This document shows, in pieces, positions 18,545 through 26,560 of a stretch of 49,563 bases of DNA (position 1 is its first letter; each line of letters begins with the position of its first letter). The stretch lies in assembly GCA_016789685.1 (NCBI GenBank), contig JAEUQQ010000397.1, positions 1-49,563 on the forward strand, read 5' to 3'. The notes below the pieces were generated by a model. It did no database searches. It had not been told where the DNA came from and saw nothing but the letters and a program-made list of their open reading frames with translations. This DNA is from Acidobacteriota bacterium. GTDB taxonomy: Bacteria; Acidobacteriota; Vicinamibacteria; Vicinamibacterales; JAFNAJ01. Both the position numbers and the translations under genes were made by a program.

Positions 18545-18650
18545 GGGGTCACATCTTTCTTCATCACTTTTCGCATGCTCTGACCCCGGCGCTGCCGCGC
18601 CTGGGAGGGGGACAGATCGTGCAAAAACTCATGAAGAAAGATGTGACCCC
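18545..18650. repeat. Inverted pair of 43-nt REP-like units (G 18545-18587, H 18608-18650, 20-nt spacer); likely bidirectional terminator
   Basis: G is 41/43 identical to copy A and the reverse complement of H is 37/43. The pair fills almost all of the gap between the convergent stops at 18540 and 18654. Confidence 0.9.
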
Positions 18651-18653
18651 GCC

Positions 18654-19799
18654 TCAGCGGGGACGGGCGTGCCAGGCGGCGAGCACCTCGGCTTCGCGCT
18701 CGGGCGGAAGGCCCGCGCGCAGCGCGGCCTGACGCTCGGGCGGCTGCCGGTGGTAATACGCCAGCGTCGCCTGCGCCGTGTCGGCCAGCGTCCGGAACGT
18801 CAGGCCCGCCGCGATCGCCTTGCTGCAGTCCATCCGCGCCCAGCCGGCGCTGTCGCCCCGCGGCGGCATCCACACCGGCAGCTCCGAATACGGCCGCACC
18901 TTCCGCTCGAGCAGGAAGTCGGCATCGACCCACGTATACCGCGCGTCGCTGCTGGTCACGGCCTGGATGCCATACACCATCCCCGCCATCGTCAGCCCAG
19001 GCCGCGGCCCGACGCAGTTGTACACACCCGACGCGCGCTGCTCGCACAGGCGCACCATGAACTCCGACATGTCGCGCGCGTCGATGAACGCCACCGGATC
19101 GTCGGGCGTCCCGGGCGCCAGCACCTCGCCGCCACGCTCGATCCGCACCGGCCAGTACGAGAACCGATCCGTCAGGTCGCCCGGACCCACGATCAGCCCG
19201 GGACGCACCACGAGCGCGCGATCGCCGAACGCCGCGCGCGCCTCCATCTCGCACCGCACTTTCAGCGGACCGTACTGGTTGCCGACGGTCGTCGCATCCG
19301 GATCGCCGGGCTCGTGCAGTTGACCGTCTTCCCTGATCCCGATCGCGCGCCGGTTGGCAAACGCCGACAGCGTGCTCACGAACACGTACCGGTTGGTGCT
19401 CTCGCGCAGTGCGGCACCTGCCTCGCGCACCCAGCGCGGCAACTGGGCCGGGTTGTCGATGACGACATCCCAGGTGCGCCCCTTCAGCGCCGCATAGCCG
19501 TCGGGCGCGTTCCGGTCGCCGACGAGCTTCTCGACCGACGGGAACAGCGACGCGTTGGTCTTGCCCCGGTTGAACAGCGTGACCTGGTGGCCGCGGGCGA
19601 GCGCGTACTCGACCTGGTGCGGCCCGATGAAGCCCGTGCCCCCGAGGATGAGGATGCGGAGGGCCTTGCCGGGAGCCGCCGGCGGTTGCGGTACGGCCGG
19701 ATGCGCCGCCACGTCGAGCGCGCCACTCACTCGCTGCCAGCCCAGCGCCCCGCCAGCCAGCGCCGACGCCTTGAGAAACCCCCTGCGGTCGAGTGCCAT
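18654..19799 (-). CDS. NAD-dependent epimerase/dehydratase family (SDR) protein with Tat-type signal
   Basis: 381-aa ORF with a twin-arginine signal MALDRRGFLKASALAGG and the Rossmann motif ILILGGTGFIGPH. Confidence 0.82.
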   Translation of the reverse strand: MALDRRGFLKASALAGGALGWQRVSGALDVAAHPAVPQPPAAPGKALRILILGGTGFIGPHQVEYALARGHQVTLFNRGKTNASLFPSVEKLVGDRNAPDGYAALKGRTWDVVIDNPAQLPRWVREAGAALRESTNRYVFVSTLSAFANRRAIGIREDGQLHEPGDPDATTVGNQYGPLKVRCEMEARAAFGDRALVVRPGLIVGPGDLTDRFSYWPVRIERGGEVLAPGTPDDPVAFIDARDMSEFMVRLCEQRASGVYNCVGPRPGLTMAGMVYGIQAVTSSDARYTWVDADFLLERKVRPYSELPVWMPPRGDSAGWARMDCSKAIAAGLTFRTLADTAQATLAYYHRQPPERQAALRAGLPPEREAEVLAAWHARPR

Positions 19800-20057
19800 G
19801 CGCGATCCCTCCGTGTTGCGGGCAGCCTACACCGGATTGCGGATGCCCGCGCAGACCACCGTCCGGTCCCTGTCCGGTCCCGTCCGGTCCACGTGACCGG
19901 CCGGGCGCAGAGGGCGACGCCAGGGCGTCGACGTCGCGCATGACGCCTTCGTCACCGCCGTCGGCCCGGCCCGGACGCGTGGCGGCCCGCCTGCCGTGAC
20001 GGGCACGACCCAGCTCGACTGTGCAGTCCGTCGCGCCTGGCGTCGATAACGATCACC

Positions 20058-22280
20058 GTGAAGGTCCGCGCAGACGGCAGTCAGGGCGACGAGGGGGGCG
20101 GCGGCCCGGCGCGCCATCGGCCTGCGCCCGACCCGGTCGCGGCACAGGCCGTGCGCGACGTGCTGCTCACCCTGAGCCGCGCCGTCCAGCAGGCCACCAT
20201 CTACCCACCCGGGCACCCGAATGTCGCCATTGCCGCTCAGCCGGTGACCGAGGCGCTGGGGCGCGTGCTCGTGCGAGGCGCGCACCTCACACTGGCCTTC
20301 TCGAGCGAGGGCGTGTTTGCCGGCACCACACCGCAGCACCTGCATCCATACGACGCGCCCTGGCTGGCCCACCGGCTGGTCGATCGCGGCGTGGCCTCGC
20401 TCGAGTTCGGCGGCCAGCTCGCGCCGGCCGACGCCGCCGCGCTGATTGCCTGGCTGGCACAGGGCGATGCGATCCGCCCGGGCGCCGCACTGCCGGCGTT
20501 CGGTGCGTGCGCGCTCGGCGCGCTCGACTACTCGAAAGCCCGGTTCCGCGAAGCACGCGCACGAGAAAGCGCCGCCGTCCCCGTGTCGATTGCCTGGCGC
20601 TCGATCGCGAGTTCCCTGGCGGGTGACTGGAGCGGCACTAACCGCACCGTGCCCTCGTCACCCAGCGAACTGGCGCACCACATCGTCGACGTGCTCGATG
20701 CGCAGGAAGGCGCGGGATACGGCGAACTCTCGGATCGCCTCGGACAGGTGAACGCCCTGTTCGTCGGGCTCCCGGACGACGTGAAGGCCACCGTCAAGGG
20801 ACGCCTGGTCGAGTTCATCGACGCGCTCACACCAGAGCTGCGGACGCGCGTGCTCGCGGCATCGCCGGGCGACCATTCGGGGAAACTCGACCTGCTCGGC
20901 GCGCTCGTCGATCGCCTGCCGCGCGCGCACCTGGTCGACCTCATCGCCCAGCTCAGGTTCGAGCGCGGCGACAGCACGCACCAGTTCCTGGTCCTGATGC
21001 TCAAGCTCACGAACCTCGCCGCGTCGGATGTGGCCCTGGGCTCGGACCTGACCAGGCACTGCCGGCACGCAGGCATGCCGCTGCCCGCCCCGGAACTCGG
21101 CGATGCCCCGGCCCTCAGGGCCCTCGAAGACATGTTGTCGGCCCGCGTGGCCGATGCCATCGACGCCAACCCCGACGACTACCAGGCATCGCTCGAGGCG
21201 CTCGGCGGCCAGGACCTCAGGCCCGGCCCCCTCCGCATCACTGCCGCGCACCTCGGCGATCCGCGCGATGACGACGCGCTGTCGGCACACGTCGCAGCCA
21301 TTGCCGCGCAGCTGTTGCGCGGCGACGGCACCGAGTCTGACGTGGCGACCTGCGTGTCGCGCGTGCAACGCGAACTGCCCCGGCTGCGCGACGCCCGGCA
21401 GTTCGAGGCGCTGGCCGACGCCGCCAGTGCCCTCGCGCGGCCCGCGAGCCGGCGGGGGCGCTCGCACGGCGGGCGTCACCCGCACGACCTCGAGTTCTTC
21501 GCGTCTGCCCCGATGATCCAGGACGTGGTGGCGCTCGCCGAACTCGACGGCGACGCTCCGGCACGGCAGGCGACAACCCTGGCCCACGCGGGCGGAACGG
21601 CAGCGGCCACGGCACTGATGTCGCGCCTCGGCCAGCGGCCCGGCCGTGACATCGCGCGGAGGCTGGCGGCGATCGTGGCGTCGTTCGAACCGCACGCCAT
21701 CGGTCCCGCGGCGTCCGAGGTGGTGCAGCGCGCGCCCGGCATCGCCCACGACCTCGCCGTCGCCCTCCTCGACGTCGATAGCGGACCCGGCTCCCGAGAA
21801 ATCGGTCGCGTGCTGTTCGACCACCCTGACGCCACGGTACGCATCGACGCGTGCCGCCTCACGTTCGCGTCGGGCGCGGCGGGCCTCGACGCCGCCATCG
21901 GACGCGCGCTGCGCGACAGCGATCCGCGGGTGATCGACGTGGCGCTGTCGGCGGCCGACGAGCATCCGGCCCTGCTCGACACGACGGCCGTGCGCGACTT
22001 CCTCGCGGCGGGTTCGACGACCCCACTCGTCGCGCTGCAGTCGCGCGCCGTCGCCCTGATGACGAAACGGCCGACGCCGGTGACCCGCAGCCTGCTGGCC
22101 GAGGCCCTGTCGCAACGACGTATGCGGCTCGACGGGGCCAGTCGCCGCGTCTCGCGGACCATCTGCGGCGCCCTGACCGGCACGGGCAGCGCCGACGCAC
22201 TCGCTGCCGTGGCGGCCTGGCGGCACTCGCCAGCGGGCCTGCTCAGCCGCCTGCTGCGCGATCCCGAGGCCCCGCAGTGA
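20058..22280 (+). CDS. Hypothetical 740-aa protein; its N-terminal domain is paralogous to that of the downstream HD-GYP protein, and the C-terminus may hold HEAT-like repeats
   Basis: Long ORF with a GTG start. The N-terminus ...LTLSRAVQQATIYPPGHPNV... parallels ...LQSVVASVQLYPAGHPRL... of the next gene. The stop overlaps the next start (TGATG). Confidence 0.65.
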   Translation: MKVRADGSQGDEGGGGPARHRPAPDPVAAQAVRDVLLTLSRAVQQATIYPPGHPNVAIAAQPVTEALGRVLVRGAHLTLAFSSEGVFAGTTPQHLHPYDAPWLAHRLVDRGVASLEFGGQLAPADAAALIAWLAQGDAIRPGAALPAFGACALGALDYSKARFREARARESAAVPVSIAWRSIASSLAGDWSGTNRTVPSSPSELAHHIVDVLDAQEGAGYGELSDRLGQVNALFVGLPDDVKATVKGRLVEFIDALTPELRTRVLAASPGDHSGKLDLLGALVDRLPRAHLVDLIAQLRFERGDSTHQFLVLMLKLTNLAASDVALGSDLTRHCRHAGMPLPAPELGDAPALRALEDMLSARVADAIDANPDDYQASLEALGGQDLRPGPLRITAAHLGDPRDDDALSAHVAAIAAQLLRGDGTESDVATCVSRVQRELPRLRDARQFEALADAASALARPASRRGRSHGGRHPHDLEFFASAPMIQDVVALAELDGDAPARQATTLAHAGGTAAATALMSRLGQRPGRDIARRLAAIVASFEPHAIGPAASEVVQRAPGIAHDLAVALLDVDSGPGSREIGRVLFDHPDATVRIDACRLTFASGAAGLDAAIGRALRDSDPRVIDVALSAADEHPALLDTTAVRDFLAAGSTTPLVALQSRAVALMTKRPTPVTRSLLAEALSQRRMRLDGASRRVSRTICGALTGTGSADALAAVAAWRHSPAGLLSRLLRDPEAPQ

Positions 22281-23413
22281 TGACGAACGACATCGAAGCC
22301 TTCCTGCGCGACCTGCAGAGCGTCGTGGCATCGGTCCAGCTCTACCCGGCGGGGCACCCGCGCCTTGGCGACCTCGTGTCGCGCGTGGTGTCCGAGGCGG
22401 CGACGCTCACGACAGGCACGGTGGAGTGCTCGGTCTTCCAGGCCGACAACCGCCTGGTGTGGAAGGGGGCCCCGCTGCCCGGCGGCGACACGCTCGCGCG
22501 CGGCGTGTTCACGACGATGCGCGCGCATGGATTCCATCGGCTCACCGTGCGTCGCGGCCTCAATGACGTCGAGGTCCTGGCGTTTGCCAACGCGATCGCG
22601 GCGGGTGCGCCTCGCGGCGACCTCGGCCTCACGGCCCTCAGGTCGTCGGCCCACCTGCGGCTGTCGTCGATCGACACGGGCGACGATGCCGCACAGCAGG
22701 CGTCCATCCCCGAGTTCACCCGGCGCATCGCCGGCGACCAGTCGCTCGAGCGGATCTGGGATGGCGTGTACGAACGCCGGCAACTCGACTTCGATGCGGT
22801 CGACGTGATGGTGATGTCGCTGACCCGCACGCTCGAAGACAGCGCGTCGGCCATGCTGCCGCTCGCGCAGCTCAAGTCACACGACGAGTACACCGTCACG
22901 CACATCGCCAACGTCGCGCTGCTGACCACCGCGTTCGGCGAGTCGCTCGGCCTGCCCGCCAGCGTGCTGCGCGACGTTGGCGTGGCCGCGCTGCTGCACG
23001 ACATCGGCAAGCTGCGCGTGCCGGCCGAGATCCTGAACCACGCCGGGCACCTCGACGACCACCAGCGCGCGCTGATCCAGCGGCATCCCGAAGACGGCGC
23101 GCGCATCCTGCTCGCGACCGGGGGCGTGCCCGAGGTCGCGGTCGCCGTGGCGTTCGAGCACCACATGCACCACGACGGGGTGGGCGGCTACCCGCAGGTG
23201 TCGCGGCCGTGGACGATGAACCTCGTCAGCGAGATGACACACATCGCCGACGTCTTCGACGCCCTGCGCAGCAACCGTCCCTACCGCAAGGGCATGTCGC
23301 GCGATCGCATCGCCGCGATCATGCGGCACGACGCGGGCACGGTGTTCGATCCCGACCTCGTCGAGGTCTTCTTCTCAGACATCGTCACGCGCACCGAAGA
23401 CGTCGCCGCCTGA
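22280..23413 (+). CDS. HD-GYP domain c-di-GMP phosphodiesterase
   Basis: ORF 21851..23413 trimmed to ATG 22280 (MTNDIEAFLRDL). Motifs: HIANVALL, LLHDIGK, HPEDGA, and HHMHHDGVGGYP, which is the HD-GYP signature. Confidence 0.88.
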   Translation: MTNDIEAFLRDLQSVVASVQLYPAGHPRLGDLVSRVVSEAATLTTGTVECSVFQADNRLVWKGAPLPGGDTLARGVFTTMRAHGFHRLTVRRGLNDVEVLAFANAIAAGAPRGDLGLTALRSSAHLRLSSIDTGDDAAQQASIPEFTRRIAGDQSLERIWDGVYERRQLDFDAVDVMVMSLTRTLEDSASAMLPLAQLKSHDEYTVTHIANVALLTTAFGESLGLPASVLRDVGVAALLHDIGKLRVPAEILNHAGHLDDHQRALIQRHPEDGARILLATGGVPEVAVAVAFEHHMHHDGVGGYPQVSRPWTMNLVSEMTHIADVFDALRSNRPYRKGMSRDRIAAIMRHDAGTVFDPDLVEVFFSDIVTRTEDVAA

Positions 23414-23480
23414 CGCAGCGGCAGCTCGACCACGGCGGCGGCTTGCGGCCAGGGGCGCGCGCGTGCTGTGATGCACGATC

Positions 23481-24737
23481 GTGTCGACCAACGACTCCGT
23501 GCACGAGGTCATCGACGCTCTCTACGCGTCCGAGTCGCGGCGTGTGCTCGCGACACTGATCCGCCTGCTCGGCGATTTCGATCGCGCCGAAGAAGCGGTG
23601 CACGAGGCCTTCAGGGCCGCACTCGAGCAGTGGCCGCGCGAGGGCGTCCCCTCGAACCCGCGGGCATGGCTGGTGTCGACCGGCCGCTTCAAGGCGATCG
23701 ACGCGATGCGTCGCCAGGCCCGCTTCGATGCGCTCGACGAGGGCAGCCACCTCGCCGGGCTCGCCGTTGTCGACGAACACGCCTGTGAAGACGCCGAGAG
23801 GGTGGCCGACGACCGGCTCAGGTTGATCTTCACCTGCTGCCATCCCGCCCTGGCGCCAGACGCGCAGGTGGCGCTGACCCTCCGCGAGGTCTGCGGCCTG
23901 ACCACCGAAGCGATCGCGGTCGCGTTCCTGACGCCGGCCCCGACGCTGGCGCAACGCATCGTCCGCGCCAAGGCCAAGATCCGGACGGCGCGCATCCCCT
24001 ACAGGGTGCCGACACCTGCGGAACTGCCCGAACGGCTCAGCGCGGTCCTGCGGGTGATCTACCTCGTCTTCAACGAGGGCTACGTCGCCTCGTCTGGCGC
24101 CTTGCTGACGCGGCACGACCTGTCGTCCGAGGCGATCCGCCTCGGGCGCCTGCTGGCCGACCTGCTTCCCGATCACGAAGTGCTGGGCCTGCTCGCGCTG
24201 ATGCTCCTGCACGAGTCGCGGCGTGCGGCGCGGACGACCGAGTCGGGCGACCTGGTGTTGCTCGAAGACCAGGACCGGACGGCGTGGAATGTCGCGATGA
24301 TTCGCGAGGGCACCGCCCTGATCGAGCGAGCGCTGGCCACACACCGGGCCGGTCCGTACTGCATCCAGGCGGCGATCGGCGCCATCCACGCGGCCGCGCC
24401 GACGATGGCCGAGACCGACTGGGGCGAAATCACGGCCCTGTACGACGTGTTGCTGGGTCTCGAACCGTCACCCGTGGTCGAACTGAACCGTGCCGTCGCC
24501 GTGGCGATGCGCGACGGCCCGGCCGCCGGCCTGGCCCTGGTGGATGCGCTGCTCGCCCGCGGTGATCTCGACGACTACCGCTTTGCCCATGCCGCTCGCG
24601 CCGACCTGTGCCGGCGCCTCGGCCTGATCGACGAGGCGCGCGCAGCCTATGCGCGCGCGCTGGCGCTCTCGCGCCAGGACGCCGAGCGGCGGTTCCTCGA
24701 ACGGCGGCTCGCCGAACTGACGACGCCACACCCCTGA
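23481..24737 (+). CDS. ECF-type RNA polymerase sigma factor with long C-terminal extension (the type usually paired with YciI-like proteins)
   Basis: 418-aa ORF with a GTG start. The sigma region 2-like segment is RVLATLIRLLGDFDRAEEAVHEAF, the region 4-like segment is LTLREVCGLTTEAIAVAFLTPAPTLAQRIVRAK, and a TPR-like tail follows. Confidence 0.85.
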   Translation: MSTNDSVHEVIDALYASESRRVLATLIRLLGDFDRAEEAVHEAFRAALEQWPREGVPSNPRAWLVSTGRFKAIDAMRRQARFDALDEGSHLAGLAVVDEHACEDAERVADDRLRLIFTCCHPALAPDAQVALTLREVCGLTTEAIAVAFLTPAPTLAQRIVRAKAKIRTARIPYRVPTPAELPERLSAVLRVIYLVFNEGYVASSGALLTRHDLSSEAIRLGRLLADLLPDHEVLGLLALMLLHESRRAARTTESGDLVLLEDQDRTAWNVAMIREGTALIERALATHRAGPYCIQAAIGAIHAAAPTMAETDWGEITALYDVLLGLEPSPVVELNRAVAVAMRDGPAAGLALVDALLARGDLDDYRFAHAARADLCRRLGLIDEARAAYARALALSRQDAERRFLERRLAELTTPHP

Positions 24738-24814
24738 CGCGTCATGTCGATCCATGGCGGGCGGAACCGACCATGGGCATGGCGCACACCTATCTGCCGA
24801 CGCCTGGAGGACGC

Positions 24815-25147
24815 ATGAAGTATCTCTGCCTCGTCTATCTCGCCCGCGACAAGTGGGATGCCGTGCCCGATCGCGAGTGCTTCTCGTGCGGCCAGGGCCT
24901 GCGCGAGCGCGGCACCCTCGTGGCTGCCGAGCCGCTCGAATCGGTCGATACCGCCACGACGGTGCGCGTCCGCAACGGCAGGGTGTCGATCACCGACGGG
25001 CCATTTGCCGAGACCAAGGAACAACTCGCGGGCTTCTACCTGATCGAGGCCGCCGATCTCGACGCTGCGATCCAGGTCGCCGCGAAGATCCCCCCGGCGC
25101 GCGAAGGCAGCATCGAGGTGAGACCGGTGCGGGAACTGCGGCCGTGA
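24815..25147 (+). CDS. YciI-like (DGPF-motif) family protein
   Basis: ORF 24608..25147 trimmed to ATG 24815 (MKYLCLVYL), preceded by GGAGG at 24806-24810. Motif: TDGPFAETKEQLAGFYLIEA. Confidence 0.85.
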   Translation: MKYLCLVYLARDKWDAVPDRECFSCGQGLRERGTLVAAEPLESVDTATTVRVRNGRVSITDGPFAETKEQLAGFYLIEAADLDAAIQVAAKIPPAREGSIEVRPVRELRP

Positions 25148-25236
25148 CGCCTGTGCGGCCAGGTGCGCGGGGAGGCCCCCCGGCGCCCGGGGTGATGGCC
25201 GGGGGTGGGCGCGCCGGGGGCCCCGGTGGGTCGCGC

Positions 25237-25265
25237 TTGACAAACAGTGTTATCACACATATCGT
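25237..25265 (+). promoter_or_regulatory. Candidate sigma-70-type promoter of marR (TTGACA, 17 nt, TATCGT), implying a leaderless or near-leaderless transcript
   Basis: TTGACA lies at 25237-25242 and TATCGT at 25260-25265. The ATG is at 25272, 7 nt after the -10 hexamer, and I see no SD sequence. Confidence 0.4.
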
Positions 25266-25272
25266 TATGACA
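25247..25272 (+). promoter_or_regulatory. 26-bp box 1 (GTGTTATCACACATATCGTTATGACA), probable MarR operator
   Basis: 20/26 identical to box 2 at 25787-25812. It overlaps the candidate marR promoter and start codon. Confidence 0.45.
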
Positions 25273-25745
25273 TGGGCAAGGGGCTCGACGCCGAAATCAA
25301 GCGGACGCGACGGTTCGAAGTGCTCGAGGAAGAGGTCCACCTCGCCATCCTCCGCACCGCGGCCGTGCTCGAGCACGCGTTCGGCCAGGCGCTCAAGCCG
25401 TTCGGCATCACGCAGACGCAGTACAACGTGCTCAGGATCCTCCGGGGCGCCGGCCCGGGCGGGTTGTGCCGGAACGAGATTGCGACTCGCCTGATCCGCC
25501 CGGTTCCTGACGTCACGCGCCTGCTCGACCGCCTCACCGACATGGACCTGACGGGGCGGCAGCGGCGCGACACCGACCGCCGGCTGGTCCGCACCGAGAT
25601 CACCACGGCCGGACTCGAGCTGCTCGCGCGGCTCGACGCGCCCATGGCGGCGATCCACCGCCACCGGCTCGCGCACATCCCCCCAGGCACCCTGCGCGCG
25701 CTCGCCGACGCGCTCACCCTCGTCAGGCAAGGCGACAGCGCGTAG
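25272..25745 (+). CDS. MarR family transcriptional regulator
   Basis: 157-aa ORF. The winged-helix segment is ITQTQYNVLRILRGAGPGGLCRNEIATRLIRPVPDVTRLLDRL...RRDTDRRLVRTEIT. Confidence 0.88.
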   Translation: MGKGLDAEIKRTRRFEVLEEEVHLAILRTAAVLEHAFGQALKPFGITQTQYNVLRILRGAGPGGLCRNEIATRLIRPVPDVTRLLDRLTDMDLTGRQRRDTDRRLVRTEITTAGLELLARLDAPMAAIHRHRLAHIPPGTLRALADALTLVRQGDSA

Positions 25746-25786
25746 GGCGCCCGTCGCCACGCCGATCGCCGGAATCGCCCAAATGC

Positions 25787-25812
25787 GTGTTTACACACAT
25801 ACGGTCATCACA
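25787..25812 (+). promoter_or_regulatory. 26-bp box 2 (GTGTTTACACACATACGGTCATCACA), probable MarR operator upstream of yceI
   Basis: 20/26 identical to box 1. It lies in a locally AT-richer stretch 55 nt upstream of the YceI start. Confidence 0.45.
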
Positions 25813-25866
25813 CCAATAACCCGCACCACACAACCACAGGCTCCAGCCCACGAAAGGCACTCCACC

Positions 25867-26415
25867 ATGACGACCACCACCGCCACCGCCGCCGCGACCT
25901 CCTACGCCATCGACCTCGCACACTCCGAAGCCACCTTCCAGGTCCGTCACCTGCTCTCGAAGGTCCGCGGACGCTTCGCCGACTTCAGCGGCACCATCAC
26001 CTTCGACGAGCAACAGCCCGCCGCCTCGTCGATCGCCATCGAGATCAAGGCCGCCAGCATCGACACCGGCGTCGCCGACCGCGATGCGCACCTCCGCTCA
26101 GACGACTTCTTCTCGACCGAGCGCTTCCCGACCCTCACGTTCGTCAGCCGCCACGTCGCGCCGCGCGGCGACAACGCCTTCGATGTGACAGGTGACTTCA
26201 CGATTCGCGACATCACGAAGTCCATCGTCATCCCGGTCACCTATCTCGGCGCTGCCCAGGACCCGTGGGGCAACCGCAAGCTCGCCTTCGAGGGCGACGT
26301 GACGATCAACCGCAAGGACTTCGGCCTCTCGTGGAACGCCGCGCTCGAGACCGGCGGGTTCCTCGTCGGCGACGACGTCAGGATCTCGGTGTCGCTCCAG
26401 GCAGCAAAGGCCTGA
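25867..26415 (+). CDS. YceI family (polyisoprenoid-binding) protein
   Basis: ORF 25783..26415 trimmed to ATG 25867 (MTTTTATAAATSYAIDLAHSEATFQVRHL). Motifs: FDVTGDFTIRDITK and TINRKDFGLSWN. Confidence 0.85.
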   Translation: MTTTTATAAATSYAIDLAHSEATFQVRHLLSKVRGRFADFSGTITFDEQQPAASSIAIEIKAASIDTGVADRDAHLRSDDFFSTERFPTLTFVSRHVAPRGDNAFDVTGDFTIRDITKSIVIPVTYLGAAQDPWGNRKLAFEGDVTINRKDFGLSWNAALETGGFLVGDDVRISVSLQAAKA

Positions 26416-26432
26416 GCCCCAGGGGCAGACGA

Positions 26433-26460
26433 CTCCCGGCGTGCGCACGCGCGCCGGGAG
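26433..26460 (+). terminator. Candidate GC-rich stem-loop after yceI (CTCCCGGCG ... CGCCGGGAG)
   Basis: A 9-bp perfect stem, 18 nt after the stop codon. No U-tract follows, so the intrinsic-terminator call is weak. Confidence 0.35.
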
Positions 26461-26560
26461 CCGCGCACCGCCACCCGCCCGGGGCGTCTGCGCGGTGTCA
26501 GTCGGCCCCCCCGATCGCGCGAGGCACGTCACACCGGCGAAATGGCGTTACGATGCGCCC

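Noticed and set aside
2477-18650. Possibility that the repeated 43-nt units are a CRISPR array
   Set aside because: The copies are scattered over 17 kb in separate intergenic gaps, occur in both orientations as inverted doublets, have no regular repeat-spacer periodicity, and no cas genes are present.
19861-19890. Triple GTCCGGTCC direct repeat in the 258-nt divergent intergenic region
   Set aside because: It is very short and low-complexity in a 70% GC background. I cannot distinguish it from chance or assign a function without comparative data.
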